Positions 45,259-53,958 of a stretch of 64,000 nucleotides of DNA are shown piece after piece. A program made the translations under genes and the position numbers. Source of the DNA: Candidatus Aenigmatarchaeota archaeon (GTDB taxonomy: Archaea > Aenigmatarchaeota > Aenigmatarchaeia > Aenigmatarchaeales > Aenigmatarchaeaceae). Every line of letters starts with the position of its first letter. Position 1 is the stretch's first letter. The notes under the pieces are model-generated. The model ran no database searches and was not told the DNA's origin. It worked only from the letters and a program-made list of their open reading frames with translations. The stretch is taken from NCBI GenBank assembly GCA_043802485.1, contig JAZDKZ010000006.1, positions 199,497 through 263,496 of the forward strand, in the 5' to 3' direction.

Positions 45259-46125
45259 TTATTTAAAGTTTTCCATTTCATCTGGGTTCAAAATAGGCTT
45301 CTTGAACTCTGTCCTGTTCTCTATCGTTATTCTCGGGCACGCAGTGTTGATGTAGCAGTCCAGATCCATTCCTAGAAGTTTGTCAGGCTTTACCTCGTTG
45401 AAGACAAGTATGTAAGCCTTCTTTCCTTCTGTTTCCAAATCCTTTTTTATTTTTTTTGCCAGCTCGAGATTCTTCTGACCAGGCTTTACAGAAACCAGTA
45501 TGCCGAATCTTTTTGCGTCCATTGCCAAAGCTATGGCGACATATTTCTGCTTTTCGAACTTGCTCTTGTCAACTTCATAGATGTCATTTTTCTCTATGTC
45601 CAAAACAAAAACAGGCTTTTCTGTTTTCAGCGCCAATCCCAACGGATGGAATCTGCCAGAGCCTATGTAGAGAAAAGAGTCAACATTATTTTCGATTGAT
45701 TTGGCAGCAGAGACATCGCAACCAAGTATCTGCCCGTCATAATATTTTCCCTTTCCAATTACAACCTTCTTTCCTGCCTTCTCCAAGAAATTCTTTGCAG
45801 GTTTCAAAGAATCCAGAAACTGGACTGCAGACACCAATCCTATCCTTTCTCCTTTTAGCTTCTCGATATTCTTTTCCAGGACTGGGAAAGTATCATACTC
45901 CTGCCTCATCTCCACATACTCGACAGGAATGTCAGAATCGATAAGCTTGGAATGGCCGTAGTGAATTATCTTGTCGCATCCCAGAGCTTTAGCCTCGTCT
46001 ACGCACAGGTCGCAGGCTCCGTAACAGCTTTCGCAGTCTATCATCACGTCTCCCAATTCATCTGCTATTCCAAGAGCATTGTTCTTCAAACCGTCGGGTA
46101 TCTGCAAAATTTTCATTGCTATCAA
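45259..46125 (-). CDS. dph2: Diphthamide synthesis protein Dph2 (2-(3-amino-3-carboxypropyl)histidine synthase)
   Basis: MKILQIPDGLKNNALGIADEL...CESCYGACDL, with three conserved Cys regions, as in archaeal Dph2. Confidence 0.75.
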   Translation of the reverse strand: MIAMKILQIPDGLKNNALGIADELGDVMIDCESCYGACDLCVDEAKALGCDKIIHYGHSKLIDSDIPVEYVEMRQEYDTFPVLEKNIEKLKGERIGLVSAVQFLDSLKPAKNFLEKAGKKVVIGKGKYYDGQILGCDVSAAKSIENNVDSFLYIGSGRFHPLGLALKTEKPVFVLDIEKNDIYEVDKSKFEKQKYVAIALAMDAKRFGILVSVKPGQKNLELAKKIKKDLETEGKKAYILVFNEVKPDKLLGMDLDCYINTACPRITIENRTEFKKPILNPDEMENFK

Positions 46126-46161
46126 TATTATCTATCAAGGCAGAAGTTTAAAAGAGTTTAG

Positions 46162-46908
46162 TCAGCCAAAGACTTTTGACAGTAAACCCACGTAGTTGAA
46201 AAACTCTAAATAGTTGAAAATTATGAAAACAAAGGGCGTCAGAATCATCAGCAACAAAAGTAAAAGTAGCACGAGAAGACCTCTTCTGCTTCCCTCTTGC
46301 CTGAAACCGAAAATCATTCCTGCAATCAAACCTCCTATGTGGGACACATAAGAGACATTGGAGCTTGCGCCTATGGTTATGGCAACGAAGAACTCTGCAA
46401 GATTATACAACGTATAGATAAGGGCCACAAGTATCAACGGGACAGGTATCAGATAAGGATAGAAGATGAACTCGAAAGGTTTCGCCAGCATGCCTGTACC
46501 TACCAAGCCGAAGATGGCTGCCGACGCGCCGATGGTAGGTATGACGGCAGAGCCGTAGCCTATTATTGTGCTGGTCAGAACTGCAAGATTCCCAACAATA
46601 GCTGAAATGAAGAAAATCATGAGAAACTTTTTCCTTCCAAGCTCCAGCTCGATGACTCTGCCGAAAAAGTACAGGGCAACCATGTTCAGGATAAGGTGTG
46701 ACGCGTCACCATGCAGGAATATGGAAGTGAGGAACACCTCAACCTTGCCATCAAGCACGTTCTGAAGCGAGAAGCCGTATCTGCTGAATATCTCGTTGAT
46801 GAAATTCTCTCCGTATGAAAAACCAAAGTATACTTGAAGAACGAATATGACAATGAAAAGAATAATGAAGAAATATGTCAGGTTCGGCTTCTCGTACTTC
46901 TTTTTCAT
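46162..46908 (-). CDS. Rhomboid-family intramembrane serine protease
   Basis: It has HGDASHLILNM (the HxxxN region), GASAAIFGLVG (catalytic GxSxxxFG) and a later HIGG. Confidence 0.8.
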   Translation of the reverse strand: MKKKYEKPNLTYFFIILFIVIFVLQVYFGFSYGENFINEIFSRYGFSLQNVLDGKVEVFLTSIFLHGDASHLILNMVALYFFGRVIELELGRKKFLMIFFISAIVGNLAVLTSTIIGYGSAVIPTIGASAAIFGLVGTGMLAKPFEFIFYPYLIPVPLILVALIYTLYNLAEFFVAITIGASSNVSYVSHIGGLIAGMIFGFRQEGSRRGLLVLLLLLLLMILTPFVFIIFNYLEFFNYVGLLSKVFG

Positions 46909-46954
46909 AACAAGAATTTGATTATCTAACTTAAAAGTTTCGTGTTAGTAAAAA

Positions 46955-49186
46955 CTAACCTTCAATCTCAGAGACCCACTGCCTGACCTTGTTTATGGCA
47001 TCAATGTTCACTGACAAGGACTTTATTCCAGCTTTGATAAGAAACTCGACAGCGTCTCTTCTGTTGCTCGGCAGCTCCCCGCATATAGATGATTCAACAT
47101 TGTATTCGTTGCACACTTCGATAACATGCTTGAAAAGGAACTTCATGCCAGGATGCATCTCGTCGAACAATTCTATCAAGCGTTCGTTGTTTCTGTCAAT
47201 GCCTAGCGTAGTCTGCGTCAAGTCGTTCGAACCGAATGAGGCGAAAGCGATTCCTGCCCTGCAGAACTCTTCTATGTTCAATGCACAAGCAGGCGTCTCC
47301 ACCATTATGCCAAAATTATCCGGAGCGCCGACCTCCCTGGCAATCTCCTTGGCCTTTCTCAACTCATTAACATTAATTATGAATGGTATCTCCCACACAA
47401 CATTGTCCAAGCCCTTGTCGTGCAACATCTTCAAGGCTCTCAGTTCTGCTTTCAATATTTCCGGCTCATCCAGGCTTCTTCTAATGCCGTGCCAGCCAAG
47501 CATAGGATTGTCTTCGTGGGGCTCGTTCTCCCCGCCTTTCATGTTCCTGAACTCGTCTGTCCTTGCGTCAAGGGACCTAACCCAAACATGCTTTGGATAG
47601 AATGCCTGCGCAACCTTCTGAACATTCTCAAATATGATGTCAGTAAGCTCCTGGCTCCTTCCCTGCCTTACATATTCAATAGGATGCATGCCTGTCTTTG
47701 TGAGCATGTGTTCCAATCTCAGCAGACCCACACCGTCAGCATGCTTTGCCCTCTCAGCAGTCTCTGGGAATGCCAGATTGACTTTTACTTCTGTTTTGGT
47801 CTTTACATCAATAATCTCTTCCTTCGCTTCAGATTTTATCAGGACATCGCCTGCATAGACCTTGCCATTGGAAGCATCAACAGTTATTTTCATGCCTTCC
47901 TTCAGAACTTCTGTCGCCTTCTTTGTCCCGACGATGCACGGTATGCCAAGCTCTCTTGAGACAATGGCCGCGTGGCATGTCGAACCGCCAGAGTTGGTGA
48001 CAATGGCAACGGATTTCTCCATCGCAGGAACATAATCAGGCGAAGTCATCTCAGTGACAAGAACATCGCCGTGCTGTATCTTGTCTATCTCGTCCATGTT
48101 CTTGATAATCCTGACAATGCCGGTAGCAACACCTGGCGAAGCGCCGTAGCCTTCCAGAATTGGCGTCCCCTCGACCTTTTCTGTTATCTTCTCCTCCAGA
48201 GTTGTGACAGCCCTTGTCTGGAGTATGTATACCTTCTTCCTCTCGAAAGCCCATTCAATGTCCTGAGGCCTGCCATAGTGCTGCTCAATTTTCTTGCAGT
48301 ATGCGGCTAAAGCCAGAATCTCATAATCGCTAAGAAGCTGCGCGTTCCTCCTGTCAATGGCAACATCTTTCTTTATTGTAGCTTCTGTCATAGGGTCTCT
48401 TATCCTTTCCAAAGCCTTTTCCCCGATGTGCTTTTCAAGTATGTCTCCGTTCCCCTTGTCAACAACATACCTGTCAGGATCAACCTCGCCCTGCACCATT
48501 GTCTCTCCCAGTCCCCAGCATCCCTCTATGATGATGTGATTTGAGCCTTTCACAGGATTCGTTGGATCAATGGTGAAAGCGACACCAGCCTTTTCAGAAT
48601 TGACCATCCTCTGGACTATCACACCGATGGACGAGTCCTGCGGCTGGTTGTTCTTGTACCTGTAATACATAACGCGGGAAGTATAAAGCGAAGCCCAGCA
48701 CATCTTTATCTTGTCAATAACATCATTGTCCCCTCTCACGTTGAGGAAGGTCTCGTACTGGCCTGCGGATGACGCGTTCTCGATGTCCTCCATAACGCCA
48801 GAGCTCCTCACAGAAACAAAAGGCTTTTCCATGGGCCTTATCAGCGATATGTCTATCTCAGGAGCGCCGTACAGTTTTCTGTAGGCTGCCAGGACAGCTT
48901 TTCTTATCTCATCAGGCATCTCTGCCTCAATGATAAACTTCTTTATGATATCTGATGCTTTGGCCAGTAATCTCACATCAGCATAGTCTATCTTACCGAC
49001 GATATCCTGGATTTTTCCTCTCAGCTCGTTGTGCTCCAAAAACTTGTTGTATGCTTCAACTGTAACGAAGAAGACGTCAGGAACCGGGAAATCGGCGTTT
49101 ATCAGCTCTGCAAGGTTTGCGGACTTGCCGCCAATCTGTTTGACATCGTCCTTGCCCATATTCTTAGGTTCAAGTATGAACGGCAT
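46955..49186 (-). CDS. ppsA: Phosphoenolpyruvate synthase (pyruvate, water dikinase)
   Basis: It has an ATP-grasp N-terminus, the phosphohistidine swivel GGSTCHAAIVSRELGIPCIVG, and a PEP-utilising C-terminal TIM domain. Confidence 0.9.
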   Translation of the reverse strand: MPFILEPKNMGKDDVKQIGGKSANLAELINADFPVPDVFFVTVEAYNKFLEHNELRGKIQDIVGKIDYADVRLLAKASDIIKKFIIEAEMPDEIRKAVLAAYRKLYGAPEIDISLIRPMEKPFVSVRSSGVMEDIENASSAGQYETFLNVRGDNDVIDKIKMCWASLYTSRVMYYRYKNNQPQDSSIGVIVQRMVNSEKAGVAFTIDPTNPVKGSNHIIIEGCWGLGETMVQGEVDPDRYVVDKGNGDILEKHIGEKALERIRDPMTEATIKKDVAIDRRNAQLLSDYEILALAAYCKKIEQHYGRPQDIEWAFERKKVYILQTRAVTTLEEKITEKVEGTPILEGYGASPGVATGIVRIIKNMDEIDKIQHGDVLVTEMTSPDYVPAMEKSVAIVTNSGGSTCHAAIVSRELGIPCIVGTKKATEVLKEGMKITVDASNGKVYAGDVLIKSEAKEEIIDVKTKTEVKVNLAFPETAERAKHADGVGLLRLEHMLTKTGMHPIEYVRQGRSQELTDIIFENVQKVAQAFYPKHVWVRSLDARTDEFRNMKGGENEPHEDNPMLGWHGIRRSLDEPEILKAELRALKMLHDKGLDNVVWEIPFIINVNELRKAKEIAREVGAPDNFGIMVETPACALNIEEFCRAGIAFASFGSNDLTQTTLGIDRNNERLIELFDEMHPGMKFLFKHVIEVCNEYNVESSICGELPSNRRDAVEFLIKAGIKSLSVNIDAINKVRQWVSEIEG

Positions 49187-49246
49187 ATGATGTATATGTT
49201 TGGCATCCTCTTAAATATTTTTATTGTTATTTGTGCAATTATACAC

Positions 49247-50269
49247 ATGAAAATACTGGAAGTTGACCTGCCCAAGAAGGTCGTCATAGGCAACGGAGCC
49301 TTGGGAAAGCTGGGAGACATCTGCAAGGAACTGGATTTGAAAGGCTCTGTAACAGTCTTTACAGACAAGTCAATCATGGATTTGTACGGCAAAGGCGTCT
49401 CAGAGCTCTTGGAAAGCTATGACTACAAAGTCAATATGAAGGTTCTTCCCAAGAAGATTGAGATGAGCCAGCTCATGCTGAACGGATGCGACTTTACCAT
49501 AGGACTGGGCGGCGGCAGGTCGATAGACGCTGCCAAGATGGCAGCAAAGAAGAGCAATGTTCCTTTCATTTCTGTACCAACAGCCATATCGCACGACGGC
49601 ATAGCCAGCGACCGGGCTGTCATTGATGTTTACAGCATCCCTGCTGTTAATCCAACAGCAGTTGTCATTGACATGGACGTTGTCATGAAATCGCCGTACA
49701 GACTCATAGCTTCTGGTTGTGGCGACGCCATGGCCAAGTTCACAGCAGTGGCTGACTGGGAACTGTCGCACATGAAAACAGGCGAGTACATATCAGAATA
49801 TGCTGCTGCCATAAACAAGACTTCCGCTGAACTGATACTCAATTCTGCTGCTTCTATAAGGAACATGGAAAGGAAGGGTGTAAGAAATCTAGTAGAGGCT
49901 TTGGTATTCTCAGGCATATCCATGTCCATAGCTGGCTCAAGCAGGCCTGCCTCAGGCTCTGAGCACCTGTTCTCTCATGCATTGAAGGAGATATACCCGC
50001 AGAGAACAAGCCTTCACGGTGAGGAATGCGGTTTGGGCACAATCCTTTGCTCCTATTTGCACGAGATGGACTGGGAAAGAATTGTAAAGGCATTGAACGT
50101 GATAGGCTGCCCGACAAATGACGAAAAGATAAAAATACCCAAAGAAGTCATAATAAACGCACTATACAGGGCAAAAAGCTTAAGAAACGACAGATACACT
50201 ATCTTAAACTACAAGGACGTGAACAAGATAAAGGCAAAGGAAGCCGCAAGGGCGACCGGCGTCATATAG
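49247..50269 (+). CDS. egsA: sn-Glycerol-1-phosphate dehydrogenase
   Basis: I trimmed the start to MKILEVDLPKKVVIGNGALGKLG, because the longer ORF overlaps ppsA. GGGRSIDAAK and HDGIAS/...SGSEH are Fe-ADH/G1PDH-type motifs. Confidence 0.8.
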   Translation: MKILEVDLPKKVVIGNGALGKLGDICKELDLKGSVTVFTDKSIMDLYGKGVSELLESYDYKVNMKVLPKKIEMSQLMLNGCDFTIGLGGGRSIDAAKMAAKKSNVPFISVPTAISHDGIASDRAVIDVYSIPAVNPTAVVIDMDVVMKSPYRLIASGCGDAMAKFTAVADWELSHMKTGEYISEYAAAINKTSAELILNSAASIRNMERKGVRNLVEALVFSGISMSIAGSSRPASGSEHLFSHALKEIYPQRTSLHGEECGLGTILCSYLHEMDWERIVKALNVIGCPTNDEKIKIPKEVIINALYRAKSLRNDRYTILNYKDVNKIKAKEAARATGVI

Positions 50270-50283
50270 AAAGCAATTTAAAC

Positions 50284-51141
50284 ATGCCCTTGTTAATAGT
50301 GTCTAGTGAGCCTATGGAAGAGTGGAGAAAATGGAAGCATATTACAAAGCTTGATCCTGACAAGAAAATAAACGATAAGATTATCGAGGACATCATAGAA
50401 ACAGGCACGGATGCGATAATGATATCTGGGACACAGAACATCACCAAAGACAATGTCACAGACCTTCTTGCCATGCTCAAAGAGTACGACATACCAAAGG
50501 TTCTTGAACCGGCTTCGCCAAGAGGCATGGTCTACAAGAACATCGACTGGATGTTCGTGCCGTCTGTTTTCAACACATTCTACTCGCACTACATAAACGG
50601 CCTTCACAAGACATGGATCAAGGCGCACAAGGACCAAATAAACTGGGACATTGTAGTCCCAGAGGCCTACATAATCCTCAACCCCAAGTGCGCGGCAGCA
50701 AAGGTTTCCAAGGCATACGAGCTCACAAAGGAAGGGGCTGTTGCAACAGCCATCTGCGCAGAGAAATTCTTCAACTTCCCCATTATCTACATAGAGTACT
50801 CTGGGACTTATGGCGATCCGGAGATAGTAAAGGCAGTCAAAGATTCCCTGAAGAACGCTCACCTTCTCTACGGGGGTGGGATAAACACAAAAGAAAGGGC
50901 AGAGGAGATGTCCAATTGGGCAACCATTGTTGTCGGCAATACAATCTACGAGAACGGCACGCACTCCTTCATAGACACTGTTCGCGGTCGTCTGTTAAGG
51001 GAAATGTCTGATATACAGGGCAAGCTTGGAAAGCTCAAGAAGATGAGGAAGCAGCACAGGAACGAAAGGCCTTCTGAGGAAAAGGTTTTCAAGCCTGACA
51101 TCAAAGTTCCTTCAATCAAGGAAAAGAAAGAAAAAGATTAG
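50284..51141 (+). CDS. Geranylgeranylglyceryl phosphate synthase (PcrB family) with a Lys-rich C-terminal tail
   Basis: WRKWKHITKLDPDK and the GGGI...VVGN region match GGGPS/PcrB. About 40 extra C-terminal residues are Lys- and Glu-rich. Confidence 0.8.
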   Translation: MPLLIVSSEPMEEWRKWKHITKLDPDKKINDKIIEDIIETGTDAIMISGTQNITKDNVTDLLAMLKEYDIPKVLEPASPRGMVYKNIDWMFVPSVFNTFYSHYINGLHKTWIKAHKDQINWDIVVPEAYIILNPKCAAAKVSKAYELTKEGAVATAICAEKFFNFPIIYIEYSGTYGDPEIVKAVKDSLKNAHLLYGGGINTKERAEEMSNWATIVVGNTIYENGTHSFIDTVRGRLLREMSDIQGKLGKLKKMRKQHRNERPSEEKVFKPDIKVPSIKEKKEKD

Positions 51142-51278
51142 ATGCTGTTGCAGTAGACACAGTCCTTTTTGCAAAGTATTGCCCATTTTTTGCTGATTCT
51201 CTTGCATTTTCTGCAGTCCATTATTAGCGTTCAGCAAGAAGAATAATAAAAACGGTTTACCACCGCCGGTGGTGAAAA

Positions 51279-52457
51279 TCACCTTTTCTTGTATTCATCG
51301 AGCCATTTGGTAAAGTCCCTCTTCTCGACCTTCTTCATCGTTGACTCTAGGTCCTTCGGGGCTATGGCTCCGTAATGGTTCCTCATGACAGGCTTTACAC
51401 TGTCTATGACTATGATGCCGCTCTTTTTCATAAAGGACCTTACCTTGTCGTCCATGTCTGCTATGACTATCTTCGGTCCATTTTTCTCCAGAATCCTGGC
51501 AGATATCTTCGATGGGCTATAGTCCTCTATCCAAACAACCTTGTTTGTGACCTCGAACTCTTTCACAGCGTTTGAAACAGCCTCCCTTGAGAAATCAGGG
51601 ATTCTGACCACTGCGACCAGGCCCTCATCCTGTATCTCTATGACCTCCTCCTGCTTCCTTATCCTGTCCTCATAGACGCTTTTCAGCTTCTTCTGCTTTG
51701 AGAGCTCGAACTGGAACTGCTTTATCACAATCTCCATCTTTACAAGCTCCTTGTCCTTCATCAGCTTCCTCCTCACGCTCTCGTTCTTCTTTGTCTCCTC
51801 TTCCTGGTATATCTTCTTCTGCCTTTCAAGGGTCCTGACCTTTTCATCAAGCTTCTCGGCGTACAGCCTTGATATCTCGTACCTTCTTTCCAACTTCTTC
51901 AGCTTCTTCCTGTACTTTTTGGCCAGGTTCTTCCAGTCAAGGTTGACCTCCTTGAACTCGGTCTTCACCTCGATATCTTCCCCTGGCTTTATCATGTCAA
52001 TCGCTTCTGCTATGTTCTTGGCCTTGCCGATGACTAACAGCTTCTTGGCATTGTCCTTGTGCTGGCCCAGGTTCATGGTGTTCAGGGCGCGGTTTATGCT
52101 GTTGAAGACGCCCTCGTACTGTTTGTAGGCGAACGAAGCTGCTGCGAGCGCGTCCCTTTCATGAGCGTCCTTGATGTCAATCCTGAGAACCCCGTGCTTT
52201 TCCTCGACTGTAAGGTCGTGGTCAGGGCTGTATATCTTGCAGTTGAAAGAGGCGGCTATCTTCTTTATGCTGGGAGACACCTTCTTCTTGTCCGTAGCGA
52301 CTATGAGGGCGTTGCCGAAATTCATTATATCCTTGATTATGTTGTTCACAGAAAAATTCTTCCTGCTGCCTGTGTAGAGCAGGTTCTTGTCCAAATCATA
52401 AATAGCAAGACCTGAAGTGGTGCCCATGTCCACCCCGACTATCAAAGGCTTTGTCAT
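51279..52457 (-). CDS. DUF460/COG2433-type protein (RNase H-fold predicted nuclease with coiled coil)
   Basis: The N-terminal LIVGVDMGTTSGLAIYDLD is RuvC/YqgF-like, followed by a long Lys/Glu coiled coil and a C-terminal domain. The call rests on motif recall. Confidence 0.6.
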   Translation of the reverse strand: MTKPLIVGVDMGTTSGLAIYDLDKNLLYTGSRKNFSVNNIIKDIMNFGNALIVATDKKKVSPSIKKIAASFNCKIYSPDHDLTVEEKHGVLRIDIKDAHERDALAAASFAYKQYEGVFNSINRALNTMNLGQHKDNAKKLLVIGKAKNIAEAIDMIKPGEDIEVKTEFKEVNLDWKNLAKKYRKKLKKLERRYEISRLYAEKLDEKVRTLERQKKIYQEEETKKNESVRRKLMKDKELVKMEIVIKQFQFELSKQKKLKSVYEDRIRKQEEVIEIQDEGLVAVVRIPDFSREAVSNAVKEFEVTNKVVWIEDYSPSKISARILEKNGPKIVIADMDDKVRSFMKKSGIIVIDSVKPVMRNHYGAIAPKDLESTMKKVEKRDFTKWLDEYKKR

Positions 52458-52493
52458 GAAAATAATTATAAGTTTAAAGTGAAATATCTATCT

Positions 52494-53018
52494 ATGCAAA
52501 ATTCCAAAAAGTATGTCATATGCGGGGCGCCGTGCTCAGGCAAGTCCACCCTGATATCAGAACTCTCTAAAAGAGGCTTCAGAACTGTGGATGAGGCGGC
52601 CAGGATAATAATAAATCAAGGAATTAGTGAGGGTAAGACCGTTGAAGAAGTAAGGAGCAACCCGTTGGAGCACCAAAGAAAGGTGACAAAACTAAAGGTT
52701 GAACTCGAGGAAAGCCTTCCAGAAGACGAGATTTGCTTCCTCGATACTGGAATACCTGACAGCATAGCATACTACCGTCTGCACGGCCTTGACATCGGGG
52801 AGCTTCTCGAAATATGCAGGAAAGCCGCATACAAAAAAGTTTTCTTCCTAGAGCTGTTCGACTACAAGAGGGACTATGCTAGGTTAGAGAATAAGGAAAC
52901 AGCAGAAAAACTGAGCGAACTAATAAAGAACGCATACAAAGAAATGGGCCACGAAATTGTGATTGTCCCCAGAATGCATGTGAAAGAAAGAGCGGATTTT
53001 ATCCTATCAAACCTTTAG
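52494..53018 (+). CDS. P-loop ATPase (AAA_28/NadR-like predicted kinase/ATPase)
   Basis: It has Walker A ICGAPCSGKST and Walker B-like CFLDTGIPD. The protein is small (about 175 aa). Confidence 0.6.
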   Translation: MQNSKKYVICGAPCSGKSTLISELSKRGFRTVDEAARIIINQGISEGKTVEEVRSNPLEHQRKVTKLKVELEESLPEDEICFLDTGIPDSIAYYRLHGLDIGELLEICRKAAYKKVFFLELFDYKRDYARLENKETAEKLSELIKNAYKEMGHEIVIVPRMHVKERADFILSNL

Positions 53019-53020
53019 AA

Positions 53021-53656
53021 TCATTTGTAATTCTTTTCAAGTATCTTTCTAATATCCTTCGCAATCTTCTTGCCTATGCCCTTCACCTTTCTCAGGTCCT
53101 CCTCGGAAGCGTTGAGCACAGCCTGAGGCGTTTTGAAATGCTTCAGCAAGGCCTTGGCCCTTACAATCGAGATGTCAGGAAGGCTTGATATGAAGTACTC
53201 CTGCTTTTCAGTCATGCTGGCAGGAACCTTCTTGTTCTTCAGCACATTATTCCTCTTTTCCAGCAGCTGCTCCCTCATGGCTATCCAGTAGACCATCCCT
53301 GCTGTGTCTGTGATGTCCCTTGTCCAGATGATAGGAATGCCCAGGTCTATCGCTATGGCGGAAAGGGCCCCTCGTATGGCATTGGGCTGCAGGGTGCCAT
53401 AAAGGGTCTCAGTACCCTCTATTATGAGCAAAGGCTTTTCAAAGTTGTTCTTCATTGCATTGAGCTGCTGGAACATCCTCTTGTCAGTTATGCTCTTGAC
53501 AAAATCCTTGACAGTCTTCCTCTCTATGCAGGTCCTGTCAGAGACCAGAAAGTCCGCGCAGAGCAGCATCTTCCTCTGGACCTCGCAGTCATACTGCTTG
53601 AAATATTCCAGAATGTCCCTTTCCCTAGAATCAACGAAAATCAGAACCCTGTTCAT
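53021..53656 (-). CDS. XPF/ERCC4-family nuclease with a C-terminal HhH2 (Hef nuclease-domain equivalent)
   Basis: It has ERCC4 core VDSRER...ADFLVSDRTCIERKTVKDF and a C-terminal HhH (LRKVKGIGKKIAKDI). Confidence 0.8.
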   Translation of the reverse strand: MNRVLIFVDSRERDILEYFKQYDCEVQRKMLLCADFLVSDRTCIERKTVKDFVKSITDKRMFQQLNAMKNNFEKPLLIIEGTETLYGTLQPNAIRGALSAIAIDLGIPIIWTRDITDTAGMVYWIAMREQLLEKRNNVLKNKKVPASMTEKQEYFISSLPDISIVRAKALLKHFKTPQAVLNASEEDLRKVKGIGKKIAKDIRKILEKNYK

Positions 53657-53958
53657 CAGTTATAATTAACCTGCCCGATTTCTTAAAATTAATCATTGAC
53701 ATAAAAAAGATTTAAATTGATTGACTGTAATTATTTGAAGATGGCAAGAGGAGTGAGGGACTTTTTCCAAAGTTTGTTTTCAAAGAACGGACATGACGAA
53801 GATTTGTATTGTCCTAATTTTAAAAATAAAGATTGTGCTTCTGTAGCAACATTTAAGGGAAGAGTGTCCGAATATTGTAAAAGTGGTAATTTTTCTATTT
53901 GTCCCTCTAAAAGAATGCGTTCTTCTTTAGAAACTAAGGTTTACAAGCGCGACTGATT

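Noticed and set aside
49031-49246. The long N-terminal extension of egsA (the track start at 49031).
   Set aside because: It overlaps the 5' end of ppsA on the other strand. The conserved G1PDH N-terminus begins at the ATG at 49247, which is preceded by a TTAAATATTTTT box.
50293-50964. 223-aa minus-strand ORF antisense to the GGGPS gene.
   Set aside because: The plus-strand product has clear PcrB/GGGPS motifs, and the antisense product is Cys/Val-rich nonsense.
51138-51221. 27-aa minus-strand CxxC...CxxC mini-ORF (MDCRKCKRISKKWAILCKKDCVYCNSI) overlapping the GGGPS stop.
   Set aside because: The zinc-ribbon-like pattern is attractive, but there is no SD at the genome-typical spacing and the ORF is very short. 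The evidence is insufficient.
53717-53956. 79-aa (71 aa from the ATG at 53741) plus-strand 4-Cys ORF between the XPF and Hef helicase genes.
   Set aside because: It has no SD or recognisable fold and runs opposite to both neighbours. I kept it only as a note under the split-Hef finding.
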